A model generated the notes under the pieces. It had not been told where the DNA came from and did no database searches. It saw only the letters and a list, made by a program, of their open reading frames with translations. 64,000 bases of DNA, taken from the NCBI GenBank assembly GCA_051532055.1, contig JAOPTX010000037.1:1-64000 (forward strand). The letters are read 5' to 3'. The stretch comes from Fibrobacterales bacterium. Lineage in GTDB: Bacteria; Fibrobacterota; Fibrobacteria; Fibrobacterales; JAOPTW01. Each line of letters begins with the position of its first letter. Position 1 is the stretch's first letter. Position numbers and translations under genes: made by a program. This document shows, in pieces, positions 27,985 to 36,765 of this stretch.

Positions 27985-29274
27985 ATGACACAAAATAAAT
28001 CGATCCACATAAAAAGTTACGGCTGTAGCCTCAATATGGGTGAAGGCGAAATCATTAATGGCCTAATCCAAAAAGATTATTCCGTTGCTCAATCTGATAA
28101 TGATGCCGACATGATCATTCTTAACATCTGCACCGTTAAAGGCAATTCGGAAATTGTAAAACGTGTCCGTAAATTACGTGAAGAGTATCCTCATAAAAAA
28201 ATTGTTCTCAGTGGCTGTGTGACCAAAGAGCTCGGGCGTCTTGTACATGAGGTTGACCCTACAGTATCACTGACAACCACCAACAACCTCAACAAAATAG
28301 CAACAACAATATCAGAAACCTTTGAAGGATCTGTAGTAGAAGATTTTAAAGTAGAGAAACAAGTTAAGGTTAATAAACCTAAAATACGTACCAATCCAGT
28401 TGTAGGAATTGTACCGGTATCAGCGGGGTGTCTTGACAATTGTTCCTTTTGCTCTACGGTACTTGTTAAAGGAAGGCATTACAGCTACCCTGTCGAAAGC
28501 ATTCTTCAAGAGGTAGAAGCCTGTGTTGCTGATGGTTGTAAAGAAATATGGCTGACTGGTCAAGATGCTGCATGTTATGGTTTTGATATCGATACAAATC
28601 TTGCGAAACTCGTTACGGCAGTTGTAGCACTACCCGGTGATTTTATGGTGCGTATCGGTATGGGAAATCCTCGTCATCTACTGAGCTACATCGAAGAGCT
28701 CATCGAAGCAATGAAGCACCCAAAGGTGTTTAAATTTATACATTTATCAGTTCAAAGTGGCAGTAACACTGTTCTTGAAGCAATGAAGCGAAAACACTCA
28801 GTTGAAGACTATATTTATCTTGTGAACACTATTCGTAAGGCTTTACCAGAACTCACCTTATCCACTGATATCATTGTCGGGTTCCCTGGTGAAACTGAAA
28901 AAGATTTTGAAGACACCCTCAACCTCATTCGCACCACCACACCTTCAGTTTGTAATCGAACTCGGTTTGTCCCCCGCGAAAAGACTGCAGCACAAAAACT
29001 CCCTGATCAAATCCATATACAAGAAAAAAAGAATCGTAGCCGTATCCTTACAGAAGAATTTAAAAAGGTTGCTTTTGAAAACAACAAAAAATGGGTCAAC
29101 TGGGAAGGCACTATCGTCATTGATGAAATTTCTCGTCAAGGCGACCCTGTTGGTAGAAACTCTTCATATAAGCCTGTCATTCTAAAAGGCTCACATGCAC
29201 TCGGCGACAAGCTGAAAGTCCGGGTCACTACCCCTGATATTTTTGGTCTCTATGCCGAAATTATACCTGAGTAA
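27985..29274 (+). CDS. mtaB: tRNA methylthiotransferase (UPF0004 + radical SAM + TRAM), archaeal/eukaryotic e-MtaB (CDKAL1) type
   Basis: YGCSLN, CTVK, SGC, CLDNCSFC, EIWLTGQDAACYGFD, RIGMGNP, VFKFIHLSVQSGS, DIIVGFPGET, GRN..YKPV. Confidence 0.8.
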   Translation: MTQNKSIHIKSYGCSLNMGEGEIINGLIQKDYSVAQSDNDADMIILNICTVKGNSEIVKRVRKLREEYPHKKIVLSGCVTKELGRLVHEVDPTVSLTTTNNLNKIATTISETFEGSVVEDFKVEKQVKVNKPKIRTNPVVGIVPVSAGCLDNCSFCSTVLVKGRHYSYPVESILQEVEACVADGCKEIWLTGQDAACYGFDIDTNLAKLVTAVVALPGDFMVRIGMGNPRHLLSYIEELIEAMKHPKVFKFIHLSVQSGSNTVLEAMKRKHSVEDYIYLVNTIRKALPELTLSTDIIVGFPGETEKDFEDTLNLIRTTTPSVCNRTRFVPREKTAAQKLPDQIHIQEKKNRSRILTEEFKKVAFENNKKWVNWEGTIVIDEISRQGDPVGRNSSYKPVILKGSHALGDKLKVRVTTPDIFGLYAEIIPE

Positions 29275-29401
29275 TTCTTAATCCTACAAAAAACTAATAG
29301 CACTAAGAACCATCTTAGTGCGTACTTTTTAACGACGAATAACACAATAATTAATATCTTATATGCAACATATAAGAAAAGCGTAATAAAAGGCGATCCA
29401 C

Positions 29402-30283
29402 ATGGCACTACAGAGTATGACAGGTTTTGGAAAGAGCGAAGCTCGCTACAAAGATATGGAAATATCTCTAGAACTAAAAAGCGTCAACAACCGCTACCTT
29501 GAAAGTAACCTTCGTATCCCTCGAACATTATCACCCTATGAAAATGAGTTCAAAAACCTCATTCAACAAAAATTAATACGGGGTTCAGTAAGCCTTTCTA
29601 TTAATATTTCAAGTGAAACGCCCAGCCTTATACCTGCGGGTTACAATAAAGCACTCGTGAAGTCTTATCTGAAAATTGCTACAGATATTCAAAAAGCACA
29701 CAAAATCCCCGGTGAAGTAACCATTGATCAAATTCTCCAGCTTCAAGATTTAATAACCTATAGTAAAACCGAACACAATAGTGACCTCTTAGCAAAACAA
29801 GTTAAGAAACAGCTAACAGAAGCCCTCAAACAGCTTATACAGATGAGATGTGACGAAGGTGACAACCTTAAAAAAGATATTCTTGCTCGTATTGACCTCA
29901 TGGATTCAACACTCAAAGAGATCAAAAAACTGACACCAAAGCGCGCCAAAGATACTCGCGATAAGCTCTTAAAGCGCGTTGAAGAACTTATGGGTAAAGC
30001 AACCCTTGATGAAAATCGGCTCATTCAAGAAATATCTATCATTGCGGACAAAATCGATGTAACCGAAGAAATTGTACGCTTCGAATCACACATTAAGGCA
30101 TTTAAAGCATCCCTGAAAAGTAGTGGACCTCACGGTAAAAAACTAAATTTTCTTTTACAAGAGTTGTTGAGAGAGGCTAATACCTTAGGCACCAAAAGTA
30201 ATTTTCCAGAAATGTCGCACCGCACAGTCATTCTCAAAGAAGAAATCGAGACAATTAAAGAACAAGTACTTAATATCCTCTAA
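29402..30283 (+). CDS. yicC: YicC/YloC family endoribonuclease
   Basis: SMTGFG, KSVNNRYL, DVTEEIVR, GKKLNFLLQE..REANTLGTK, KEQV. Confidence 0.93.
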   Translation: MALQSMTGFGKSEARYKDMEISLELKSVNNRYLESNLRIPRTLSPYENEFKNLIQQKLIRGSVSLSINISSETPSLIPAGYNKALVKSYLKIATDIQKAHKIPGEVTIDQILQLQDLITYSKTEHNSDLLAKQVKKQLTEALKQLIQMRCDEGDNLKKDILARIDLMDSTLKEIKKLTPKRAKDTRDKLLKRVEELMGKATLDENRLIQEISIIADKIDVTEEIVRFESHIKAFKASLKSSGPHGKKLNFLLQELLREANTLGTKSNFPEMSHRTVILKEEIETIKEQVLNIL

Positions 30284-30300
30284 TATGTAGAGATTCATCA

Positions 30301-30329
30301 AATTCCCTGGAGTTTTTCTCCAGGGAATT
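30301..30329. terminator. 12-bp perfect hairpin after yicC
   Basis: AATTCCCTGGAG-TTTTT-CTCCAGGGAATT; weak U tract. Confidence 0.5.
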
Positions 30330-30451
30330 CTTATTAACACCCTCTCCGCGAACAATTGCTCTCTTTAGTCTGTATTCCGGCTTTCTCCATACGGGTCTCC
30401 CCCTTTTTTTCCTATATTTCCCCCCGAAAAACTTAATTATTTGGAACTTCC

Positions 30452-32239
30452 ATGAAAAGAACACATAACTGTGGTGAATTACGTGCTGCACACAATGGCG
30501 AAACCGTAACCCTCATGGGTTGGGTTGATAGACGTCGTGATCTTGGTGGCGTTATTTTTATTGATCTGCGTGATAAATTTGGTAAAACTCAAGTGGTGTT
30601 TAACCCTGAGCATAATCCTGAAATTCACAAAATTGCAGACACCCTTCGTAATGAATTTGTAATTGCGGTTGAATGTGACGTTCGTCTCCGTCTCGACGGT
30701 ATGGCTAACAATAAACTTGATACCGGTGAAATTGAGTGTTTTGCAAATAAACTAGAAGTTTTAAATAAAGCTAAAAACCCACCACTCTCTATTAACGACC
30801 ACAATGAAGTCTCTAAAGAGAATGATGAAGTTAAATTGAAATATCGTTATCTTGACCTTCGTCGTCCATGGATTCAAAAAAAGATCATGCTCAAATCAAA
30901 GTACCAGCATGAGACTCGTTCATTTTTCTATGGCAACGGTTTTGAAGATATTGAAACTCCAGTATTGTGTAAATCTACCCCCGAAGGTGCCCGTGACTTT
31001 TTAGTTCCGAGTCGCCTACATCACGGTAAATTCTACGCACTTCCACAATCTCCACAGGTCTATAAACAGATTTTAATGATTGCAGGGTATGATAAATACT
31101 TTCAAATCGCAAAATGTTTCCGTGATGAAGATCTTCGTGCAGATCGTCAGCCAGAATTTACTCAAATAGATGTTGAGATGGCATTTGCATCACAAGACGA
31201 TGTCATGAATACTTTTTCTCAGTATATCCAAGAGGTAATCCCAAAGGTTTGGCCAGAAGCGACAATCCCTACAGAAATTCCAAAAATGGCTTATGCTGAA
31301 GCAATGCTCAAATACGGTTCAGATAAACCAGACCTCCGTTATGACCTTGAGATTCATGATGTTTCAGAAATTGGTGCAGAATCAGATTTTGGTGTTTTCA
31401 AAAATGTTGTAGCCTCAGGTGGTGTTATTCGTGGTATGGCAGCAACAGGTTGTGTTGACTTTACCCGTAAAACTATTGATGAACTTACAAAGTTTGTTGG
31501 AAAATATGGCGCAAAAGGCCTCGTTTGGATGCGCGTAAAAGAAGATGGCACCGTTGAGAGTCAAGTAGGGAAATTCTTTAAAGAAGGCCAACTTGAACAG
31601 CTCCGTGATGCTTGTGGTGGTAAACCAGGAGATATGCTCTTCTTTGTTGCTGCTCGTGAAAAACTTGCGGCATCGTCAATGGGTCACCTCAGAACTGAAA
31701 TTGCAAAAATGAAAGGTCTTGCGAGCCCCGATGAGAAGAATTTTATTTGGATTGTTGACTTCCCAATGTTTGAATATAAAGAAGCTGACAAAAAATACCA
31801 AGCAATGCACCACCCATTTACCAATCTCTATCCTGAAGACCTGGAAAAAATGGTTAAGGGTGAATTTGATGGCCTTCTATCTAAATCATATGACCTTGTA
31901 CTTAATGGTGTTGAACTTGGATCTGGTTCTGAACGGATTCATGACCCTGAAGTGCAACAACAAGTATTTAAAGCACTCAGCTTGACTGATGAAGAAGTTC
32001 AAGAAAAATTTGGTTTCTTTGTTGAGGCGTTCCAATATGGTGCACCTCCACATGCTGGCTTTGCAATTGGCGTAGACCGAATGGTCGCAACAATGGAAAA
32101 TGAAGAATCAATAAGAGACTTTATTGCATTCCCCAAAAACACCACTGCAAACTCGCCAATGGATCAAGCACCTTCAAGTGTTGACCCCATGCAACTTCTT
32201 GATATTCACATTAATGTACGAGAAAAACAGGGGGAGTAA
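30452..32239 (+). CDS. aspS: Aspartate--tRNA ligase
   Basis: MKRTHNCGEL, RRDLGG, YRYLDLRR, STPEGARDFLVP, LPQSPQ, FRDED.RADRQPEFTQ, GAPPHAG. Confidence 0.98.
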   Translation: MKRTHNCGELRAAHNGETVTLMGWVDRRRDLGGVIFIDLRDKFGKTQVVFNPEHNPEIHKIADTLRNEFVIAVECDVRLRLDGMANNKLDTGEIECFANKLEVLNKAKNPPLSINDHNEVSKENDEVKLKYRYLDLRRPWIQKKIMLKSKYQHETRSFFYGNGFEDIETPVLCKSTPEGARDFLVPSRLHHGKFYALPQSPQVYKQILMIAGYDKYFQIAKCFRDEDLRADRQPEFTQIDVEMAFASQDDVMNTFSQYIQEVIPKVWPEATIPTEIPKMAYAEAMLKYGSDKPDLRYDLEIHDVSEIGAESDFGVFKNVVASGGVIRGMAATGCVDFTRKTIDELTKFVGKYGAKGLVWMRVKEDGTVESQVGKFFKEGQLEQLRDACGGKPGDMLFFVAAREKLAASSMGHLRTEIAKMKGLASPDEKNFIWIVDFPMFEYKEADKKYQAMHHPFTNLYPEDLEKMVKGEFDGLLSKSYDLVLNGVELGSGSERIHDPEVQQQVFKALSLTDEEVQEKFGFFVEAFQYGAPPHAGFAIGVDRMVATMENEESIRDFIAFPKNTTANSPMDQAPSSVDPMQLLDIHINVREKQGE

Positions 32240-32372
32240 TTCTTCCCTTTTATCGCACAATCCCCTACTATTAGGGCTAAATTGTGTTAGTTGGTAAAAT
32301 AAATTGATTAAGCCTTTGAGAAACCTCAAAAGGCTTATATTTTATGGTAGGAATATGAAAATGGAGAAATTC

Positions 32373-32597
32373 ATGAAAAAAATGTCACTTGGCATAGCTG
32401 CACTACTCATTATTGGACTTGTTCTAACAGGTTGTGGTAGCACCAAACCATCAAACGGATCGGAAGGCCCTAAAGAAATTGAAGGTGACGTAACCGAAAT
32501 GTCTGAGCGTGCTCTTAGACTCGAGAAAGAAAATCACGAACTTAAAAAAGAGATTTTCAACCTTAAACGCGAACTTGGGATGCCCATCGAGGATTAA
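32373..32597 (+). CDS. Small coiled-coil lipoprotein
   Basis: GGAG SD, MKKMSLGIAALLIIGLVLTGC lipobox, C-terminal heptad repeats. Confidence 0.75.
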   Translation: MKKMSLGIAALLIIGLVLTGCGSTKPSNGSEGPKEIEGDVTEMSERALRLEKENHELKKEIFNLKRELGMPIED

Positions 32598-32599
32598 AC

Positions 32600-33550
32600 A
32601 TCGAAGCGTCAAAAATAGAAAATAGATACACAATATCTGAATCAGAAAAAATTAAAATCCTCGGCCTACAAAACGAGAATGTTTCATTGTTCGAGCAGAG
32701 CCTTAAGGTGACTTTAGTCAATCGTGGCACTGGAATCCTCATCATCGCCTCTGAGCAAGAGACTATTGACCTCACCATTAAAACACTTGATGAAATGCGC
32801 TTTTGTTTAAAAAATGGGAATGACATCACCCCATTTTATCTTAAGGAAGTGCTCGGTCAAACGGGTGACCGTCCCGCAGCAAAATTGGGAAAACCCATTT
32901 TTAGAAACCGGTATGGACAACCTATTCAACCTAAAACCGCTGGACAACTTGCTATTGTTGATGCCGTACGTAAAAATGATATTGTCTTTGTTAATGGTCC
33001 AGCTGGTACAGGCAAAACGTTTCTTGCGGTTACCCTTGCGGTTGCCGCTCTTGAAAACCGTGATGTTGAGCGCCTCTCCCTTGTAAGACCAGCGGTAGAA
33101 GCAGGTGAAAACCTCGGTTACCTCCCTGGAGACTTAAAAGAAAAAATCGCCCCTTACCTGCACCCTATATATGATACTATCGAAGAACTTCTTCCCAAAG
33201 AGAAAGTTCGTGCATATAATGAATCTAATATGTTGGAAATCGCCCCTCTTGCCTATATGAGAGGACGTACATTAAAACGCACCTTTATAATTCTTGATGA
33301 AGCACAAAATACTACAATCTCACAAATGAAGATGTTCCTCACCAGAATTGGCCCCAACTCTACCGCTATCATTACCGGTGACAGCACGCAGAAAGATCTT
33401 GCTCCCAATCAGCTCTCAGGATTCCCCCATGCCCTCTCAATTTTGAAAGGGATCCCTGGAATCGCCCAAGTAACTTTAGACACCAAAGACATTCAGAGAC
33501 ATAGACTTGTTTCAAAAATTATTAACGCCTATGAAAAACAAGAGCATTAA
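32600..33550 (+). CDS. phoH: PhoH family ATPase (YbeZ-like)
   Basis: GPAGTGKT, RPAVEAGE.LGYLPG, APLAYMRGRT, DEAQN; KH-like N-terminus extends to an ATC at 32600 (track start TTG 32687). Confidence 0.92.
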   Translation: MEASKIENRYTISESEKIKILGLQNENVSLFEQSLKVTLVNRGTGILIIASEQETIDLTIKTLDEMRFCLKNGNDITPFYLKEVLGQTGDRPAAKLGKPIFRNRYGQPIQPKTAGQLAIVDAVRKNDIVFVNGPAGTGKTFLAVTLAVAALENRDVERLSLVRPAVEAGENLGYLPGDLKEKIAPYLHPIYDTIEELLPKEKVRAYNESNMLEIAPLAYMRGRTLKRTFIILDEAQNTTISQMKMFLTRIGPNSTAIITGDSTQKDLAPNQLSGFPHALSILKGIPGIAQVTLDTKDIQRHRLVSKIINAYEKQEH

Positions 33551-35801
33551 CTCCCAAAGAACTATTCACCTTGGCCTTTCATTTTTAATCGTATGCTTTA
33601 TCGGCTGTTTGCTCTTCCCTGTGCAAAATATTGATATTAAATCGGTTATTCCAAAAGTAAATGAACTCGCTCAAAAACATTACATTGCCCCTCTAACCTT
33701 TGATATTCCAAAGTCAGAAGATCAATTGATTCGAGAACGTGAAAGTGCTGCAGATGCTGTCCCTGCTGTATTTGAATATGACCAAGAACAAAGTAACAGA
33801 CTTAAAGCTTCATTTACAAGCCTCATTGATAATCTCATGCAGTACCAAACGGTTCAAAAAAAACTTGAGCTCTTTAATGGCACTGAAAAAGCTGACACTA
33901 TTACTATTACTGCGGCTGCCCTTTATCAAAAGCTCAACAAATCTATTTCACATGTAGCTATTTCGCAGATGAGCACAAATGCTCAAGCTAGAAATGACCT
34001 TATTCAAAGTTTTAGAAATATCATCAATAAGGGGGTATCAAATTCTCTCATTGCAATGAATAAAAAACAGGTTCGTAATTACAAGGCGACCTTTACTATT
34101 CGTGACCTCAGAGTACTCATTTACAATAAACCTACGATCAACCTTATTCAAAATAGTAATGAAGAGTCCGTCCCTCTTTCTGATATAAAAACGAAAGAAA
34201 TTCTCATTGATGATGAATTCGTGAAACTCAAATCAAAGTATCCAAAGTCTCAAGCGATACAGAGTGCATTTTACGAGATTTTATTTGCCTTTACCTCCCC
34301 TACAATTCTCTACTTAGAATCGGAAACACAGAAGAGAAAAGAGATTGCCCGTAATGCAACAGACCTCTATGAAGGTAAAATCTATAAGGGTATGGATATT
34401 TTACGTCCTGGTGACCTCGTGACAAGTTATCATGTTAATGTTCTAAAAGAGCTTAAGCGCCAAACAGAACAGACTCAAGAAAACTACAAATCTTTTCTTC
34501 CCCTTATTGGAAGATGGCTCCTTATCATTATATCCACACTTTTCTTAGGCGCCTATTTCATTATTTATCAAAAACACGAGATTAAAACCAACACCCAAAT
34601 TTATGCCCTTGCTACCGTAATGATCATTCAGTTCTGTCTCTTTTTTGGAACGCAACTTATCATCGACTTTCTAAAAATAGCCCGGCCTGATGTACTTATT
34701 GACACCACAGAAACGATGTACCTCCATCTTATTATTGTTGCAAGTATATTAGGAGTAATGCTCTTTTCGGTTAAAACGGGGTTTATACTCTCAATCTATT
34801 TTAGTCTCTACTTTGGAATGATGTGTGGATACGACCTCAACATGACTATTGTTGCACTTGCCCTAGGAATGACAATTGCCTACACCTTGCAAAACATCAG
34901 ATACCGTTGGCAGTTCATCACCACCTGTTTCCTCTCAATATTTATCTATAGTTTATTAATTATTACTCTCTCGCTTCTTGGAAATAACTTCAATAACATC
35001 TACATAAAAATTGCCTATGGCGCCCTCAGTGTCACCCTCTCAATTGGACTTGGCTCGTTCTTACTTCTACCCATTTTTGAAAAACTCTTCAAAATCACTA
35101 CAACCATGACACTCATTGAGCTTTCTGACTTTAATCACCCCGCTCTGAAACTCATTTCTACAGAAGTACCCAGCACCTTCCATCACTCGATTATGGTCGC
35201 AAATATAGCTGAGAAGGCCGCCAGCGCCATTAAAGCCAACAGCCTCCTAGTAAGGGTGATGGCGCTCTATCACGACATTGGCAAGACTCAAAAACCACTC
35301 TACTATACCGAGAATCAAGGTATGGCAGAAAATGTTCACGAAGGGCTCGACCCTTGGGAAAGTAAAGAGATTATTATCTCACATGTTACTGAGGGCATTA
35401 CTCTCGCAGAAAAATACCAACTCCCCCCTCTCATTATTTCGAGCATACCTGAGCACCATGGTACTACCGTAATTCAATACTTTTATAGAAAGGCAGTAAA
35501 AGACAATCCGGGTAAAGCAATTAAGTCCAAAGACTTTTGTCACCTAGGACCTAAACCTCAGAGTAAAGAGACTGCGATTTTAATGATCGCTGATACTCTT
35601 GAAGCAATGGCCCGTTCAATTAGCAATCCTGAGACCAAAGATTTTAAAGAAATTATAACTCAAGCTGTAGATATGAAACTTAAAGAAAATCAATTGGACG
35701 ATTCAGGACTCACTCTTTCAGAATTACCACTCATTAAAAAAGCTTTCTTAGCATCTCTTGAAGGAATGTACCATACAAGATTAAATTATGCAAAAGACTA
35801 A
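33531..35801 (+). CDS. 7TM-HD family phosphohydrolase (PgpH-like)
   Basis: Extracellular domain, multiple TM helices, L.ELSD.NHP, TFHHS..VAN, YHDIGK, EHHGT, GPKPQSKE..MIAD; follows phoH. Confidence 0.88.
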   Translation: MKNKSINSQRTIHLGLSFLIVCFIGCLLFPVQNIDIKSVIPKVNELAQKHYIAPLTFDIPKSEDQLIRERESAADAVPAVFEYDQEQSNRLKASFTSLIDNLMQYQTVQKKLELFNGTEKADTITITAAALYQKLNKSISHVAISQMSTNAQARNDLIQSFRNIINKGVSNSLIAMNKKQVRNYKATFTIRDLRVLIYNKPTINLIQNSNEESVPLSDIKTKEILIDDEFVKLKSKYPKSQAIQSAFYEILFAFTSPTILYLESETQKRKEIARNATDLYEGKIYKGMDILRPGDLVTSYHVNVLKELKRQTEQTQENYKSFLPLIGRWLLIIISTLFLGAYFIIYQKHEIKTNTQIYALATVMIIQFCLFFGTQLIIDFLKIARPDVLIDTTETMYLHLIIVASILGVMLFSVKTGFILSIYFSLYFGMMCGYDLNMTIVALALGMTIAYTLQNIRYRWQFITTCFLSIFIYSLLIITLSLLGNNFNNIYIKIAYGALSVTLSIGLGSFLLLPIFEKLFKITTTMTLIELSDFNHPALKLISTEVPSTFHHSIMVANIAEKAASAIKANSLLVRVMALYHDIGKTQKPLYYTENQGMAENVHEGLDPWESKEIIISHVTEGITLAEKYQLPPLIISSIPEHHGTTVIQYFYRKAVKDNPGKAIKSKDFCHLGPKPQSKETAILMIADTLEAMARSISNPETKDFKEIITQAVDMKLKENQLDDSGLTLSELPLIKKAFLASLEGMYHTRLNYAKD

Positions 35802-35897
35802 CTCCTTTATTTAAAAGGGATTAGGAAGGGTTAATCAAAAACCATTCAAAGAACTAAAAACTTTTTAACTTTATTTTAACTTTTTTAACAATTTTCC

Positions 35898-35926
35898 TTG
35901 AACTCTAATTCTATTATATGTATCTT
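35898..35926 (+). promoter_or_regulatory. Sigma70-type promoter of the small gene-tRNA transcript
   Basis: TTGAAC-17 nt-TATCTT. Confidence 0.55.
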
Positions 35927-35956
35927 TACCCACGTTAAAACAAGGAGCACAACCCG

Positions 35957-36190
35957 ATGACACAACAGGGAGACAAACTTTTCAACAAGAAAAATTTTGT
36001 TTTACTTTGTCTAGGAGTTGCAACTGTTTTAGTAGGATTTATTCTACTTGCACAGGGTCAAGATCCAAAGATCGGTCCAGTGTATGATAGCCCGCTATCA
36101 ATAACATATGCACCTATTTTACTTACCATTGCTTATGTAGTAATCATCCCTTGGGCGATTATTGCAAAGAGCGATAAAAAGGGCGACTAG
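35957..36190 (+). CDS. DUF3098-like small membrane protein
   Basis: AAGGAG SD; F.KKNF.L..G....GFILL...S.T.APILL..AYVV.IP.AI. Confidence 0.75.
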   Translation: MTQQGDKLFNKKNFVLLCLGVATVLVGFILLAQGQDPKIGPVYDSPLSITYAPILLTIAYVVIIPWAIIAKSDKKGD

Positions 36191-36255
36191 CTCAGCTGGT
36201 CTAGAGCATCTGCCTTACAAGCAGAGGGTCACAAGTTCAAATCTTGTGTCGCCCA
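36181..36255 (+). tRNA. tRNA-Val (TAC)
   Basis: Acceptor stem GGGCGAC/GTCGCCC, anticodon arm TCTGC-CTTACAA-GCAGA, GTTCAAA T-loop; no encoded CCA. Confidence 0.97.
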
Positions 36256-36260
36256 TTTTA

Positions 36261-36334
36261 GGAGTGGTGGCTCAATTGGTTAGAGTACCTGCCTGTCACG
36301 CAGGGGGTTGCGAGTTCAAGTCTCGTCCATTCCG
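36261..36334 (+). tRNA. tRNA-Asp (GTC)
   Basis: Acceptor stem GGAGTGG/CCATTCC, anticodon arm CCTGC-CTGTCAC-GCAGG. Confidence 0.97.
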
Positions 36335-36337
36335 CTT

Positions 36338-36372
36338 AAAAGACCTCTTAGGAAACTAAGAGGTCTTTTTTT
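36338..36372 (+). terminator. Intrinsic terminator after tRNA-Asp
   Basis: AAAAGACCTCTTAG-GAAA-CTAAGAGGTCTTTTTTT. Confidence 0.9.
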
Positions 36373-36592
36373 ATGTATCTACTATTATAAACTATTGTTC
36401 TTATATTCCTTTGTTTTTAAAGTGTCAAGCTAGTGTCATACTAACGACACTTAAATCAGCCTACTTTATTACCTAAGCTCGAGCTGACCTAACGGCAACT
36501 CCACTAATAGGACTGGTTCACAAGCCTCAATGCGCTCTTTCAATACATTGTTTAGATTAATAGCCAAAACATAATTTTACCCACAAAGTTCC

Positions 36593-36623
36593 TTGACATC
36601 AACATTTTAGGAAACTATATATT
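36593..36623 (+). promoter_or_regulatory. Promoter of the second tRNA-Asp
   Basis: TTGACA followed 17 nt later by TATATATT. Confidence 0.7.
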
Positions 36624-36634
36624 AACCCTGAAAC

Positions 36635-36708
36635 GGAGTGGTGGCTCAATTGGTTAGAGTACCTGCCTGTCACGCAGGGGGTTGCGAGTTCAAGTCTCGT
36701 CCATTCCG
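36635..36708 (+). tRNA. tRNA-Asp (GTC), second identical copy
   Basis: Identical 74 nt to 36261-36334. Confidence 0.97.
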
Positions 36709-36711
36709 CTT

Positions 36712-36746
36712 AAGCACCTATTGATTGCTCAATAGGTGCTTTTTTT
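36712..36746. terminator. Intrinsic terminator
   Basis: AAGCACCTATTGA-TTGC-TCAATAGGTGCTTTTTTT. Confidence 0.88.
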
Positions 36747-36765
36747 ACACCTCGTGAGCTGTAAT

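Noticed and set aside
36162..36359. 65-aa ORF
   Set aside because: Runs across two tRNA genes
36373..36592. Small ORF or ncRNA between the tRNA-Asp copies
   Set aside because: Only a short TTG-started frame of about 32 codons with no motif, and no recognisable RNA family
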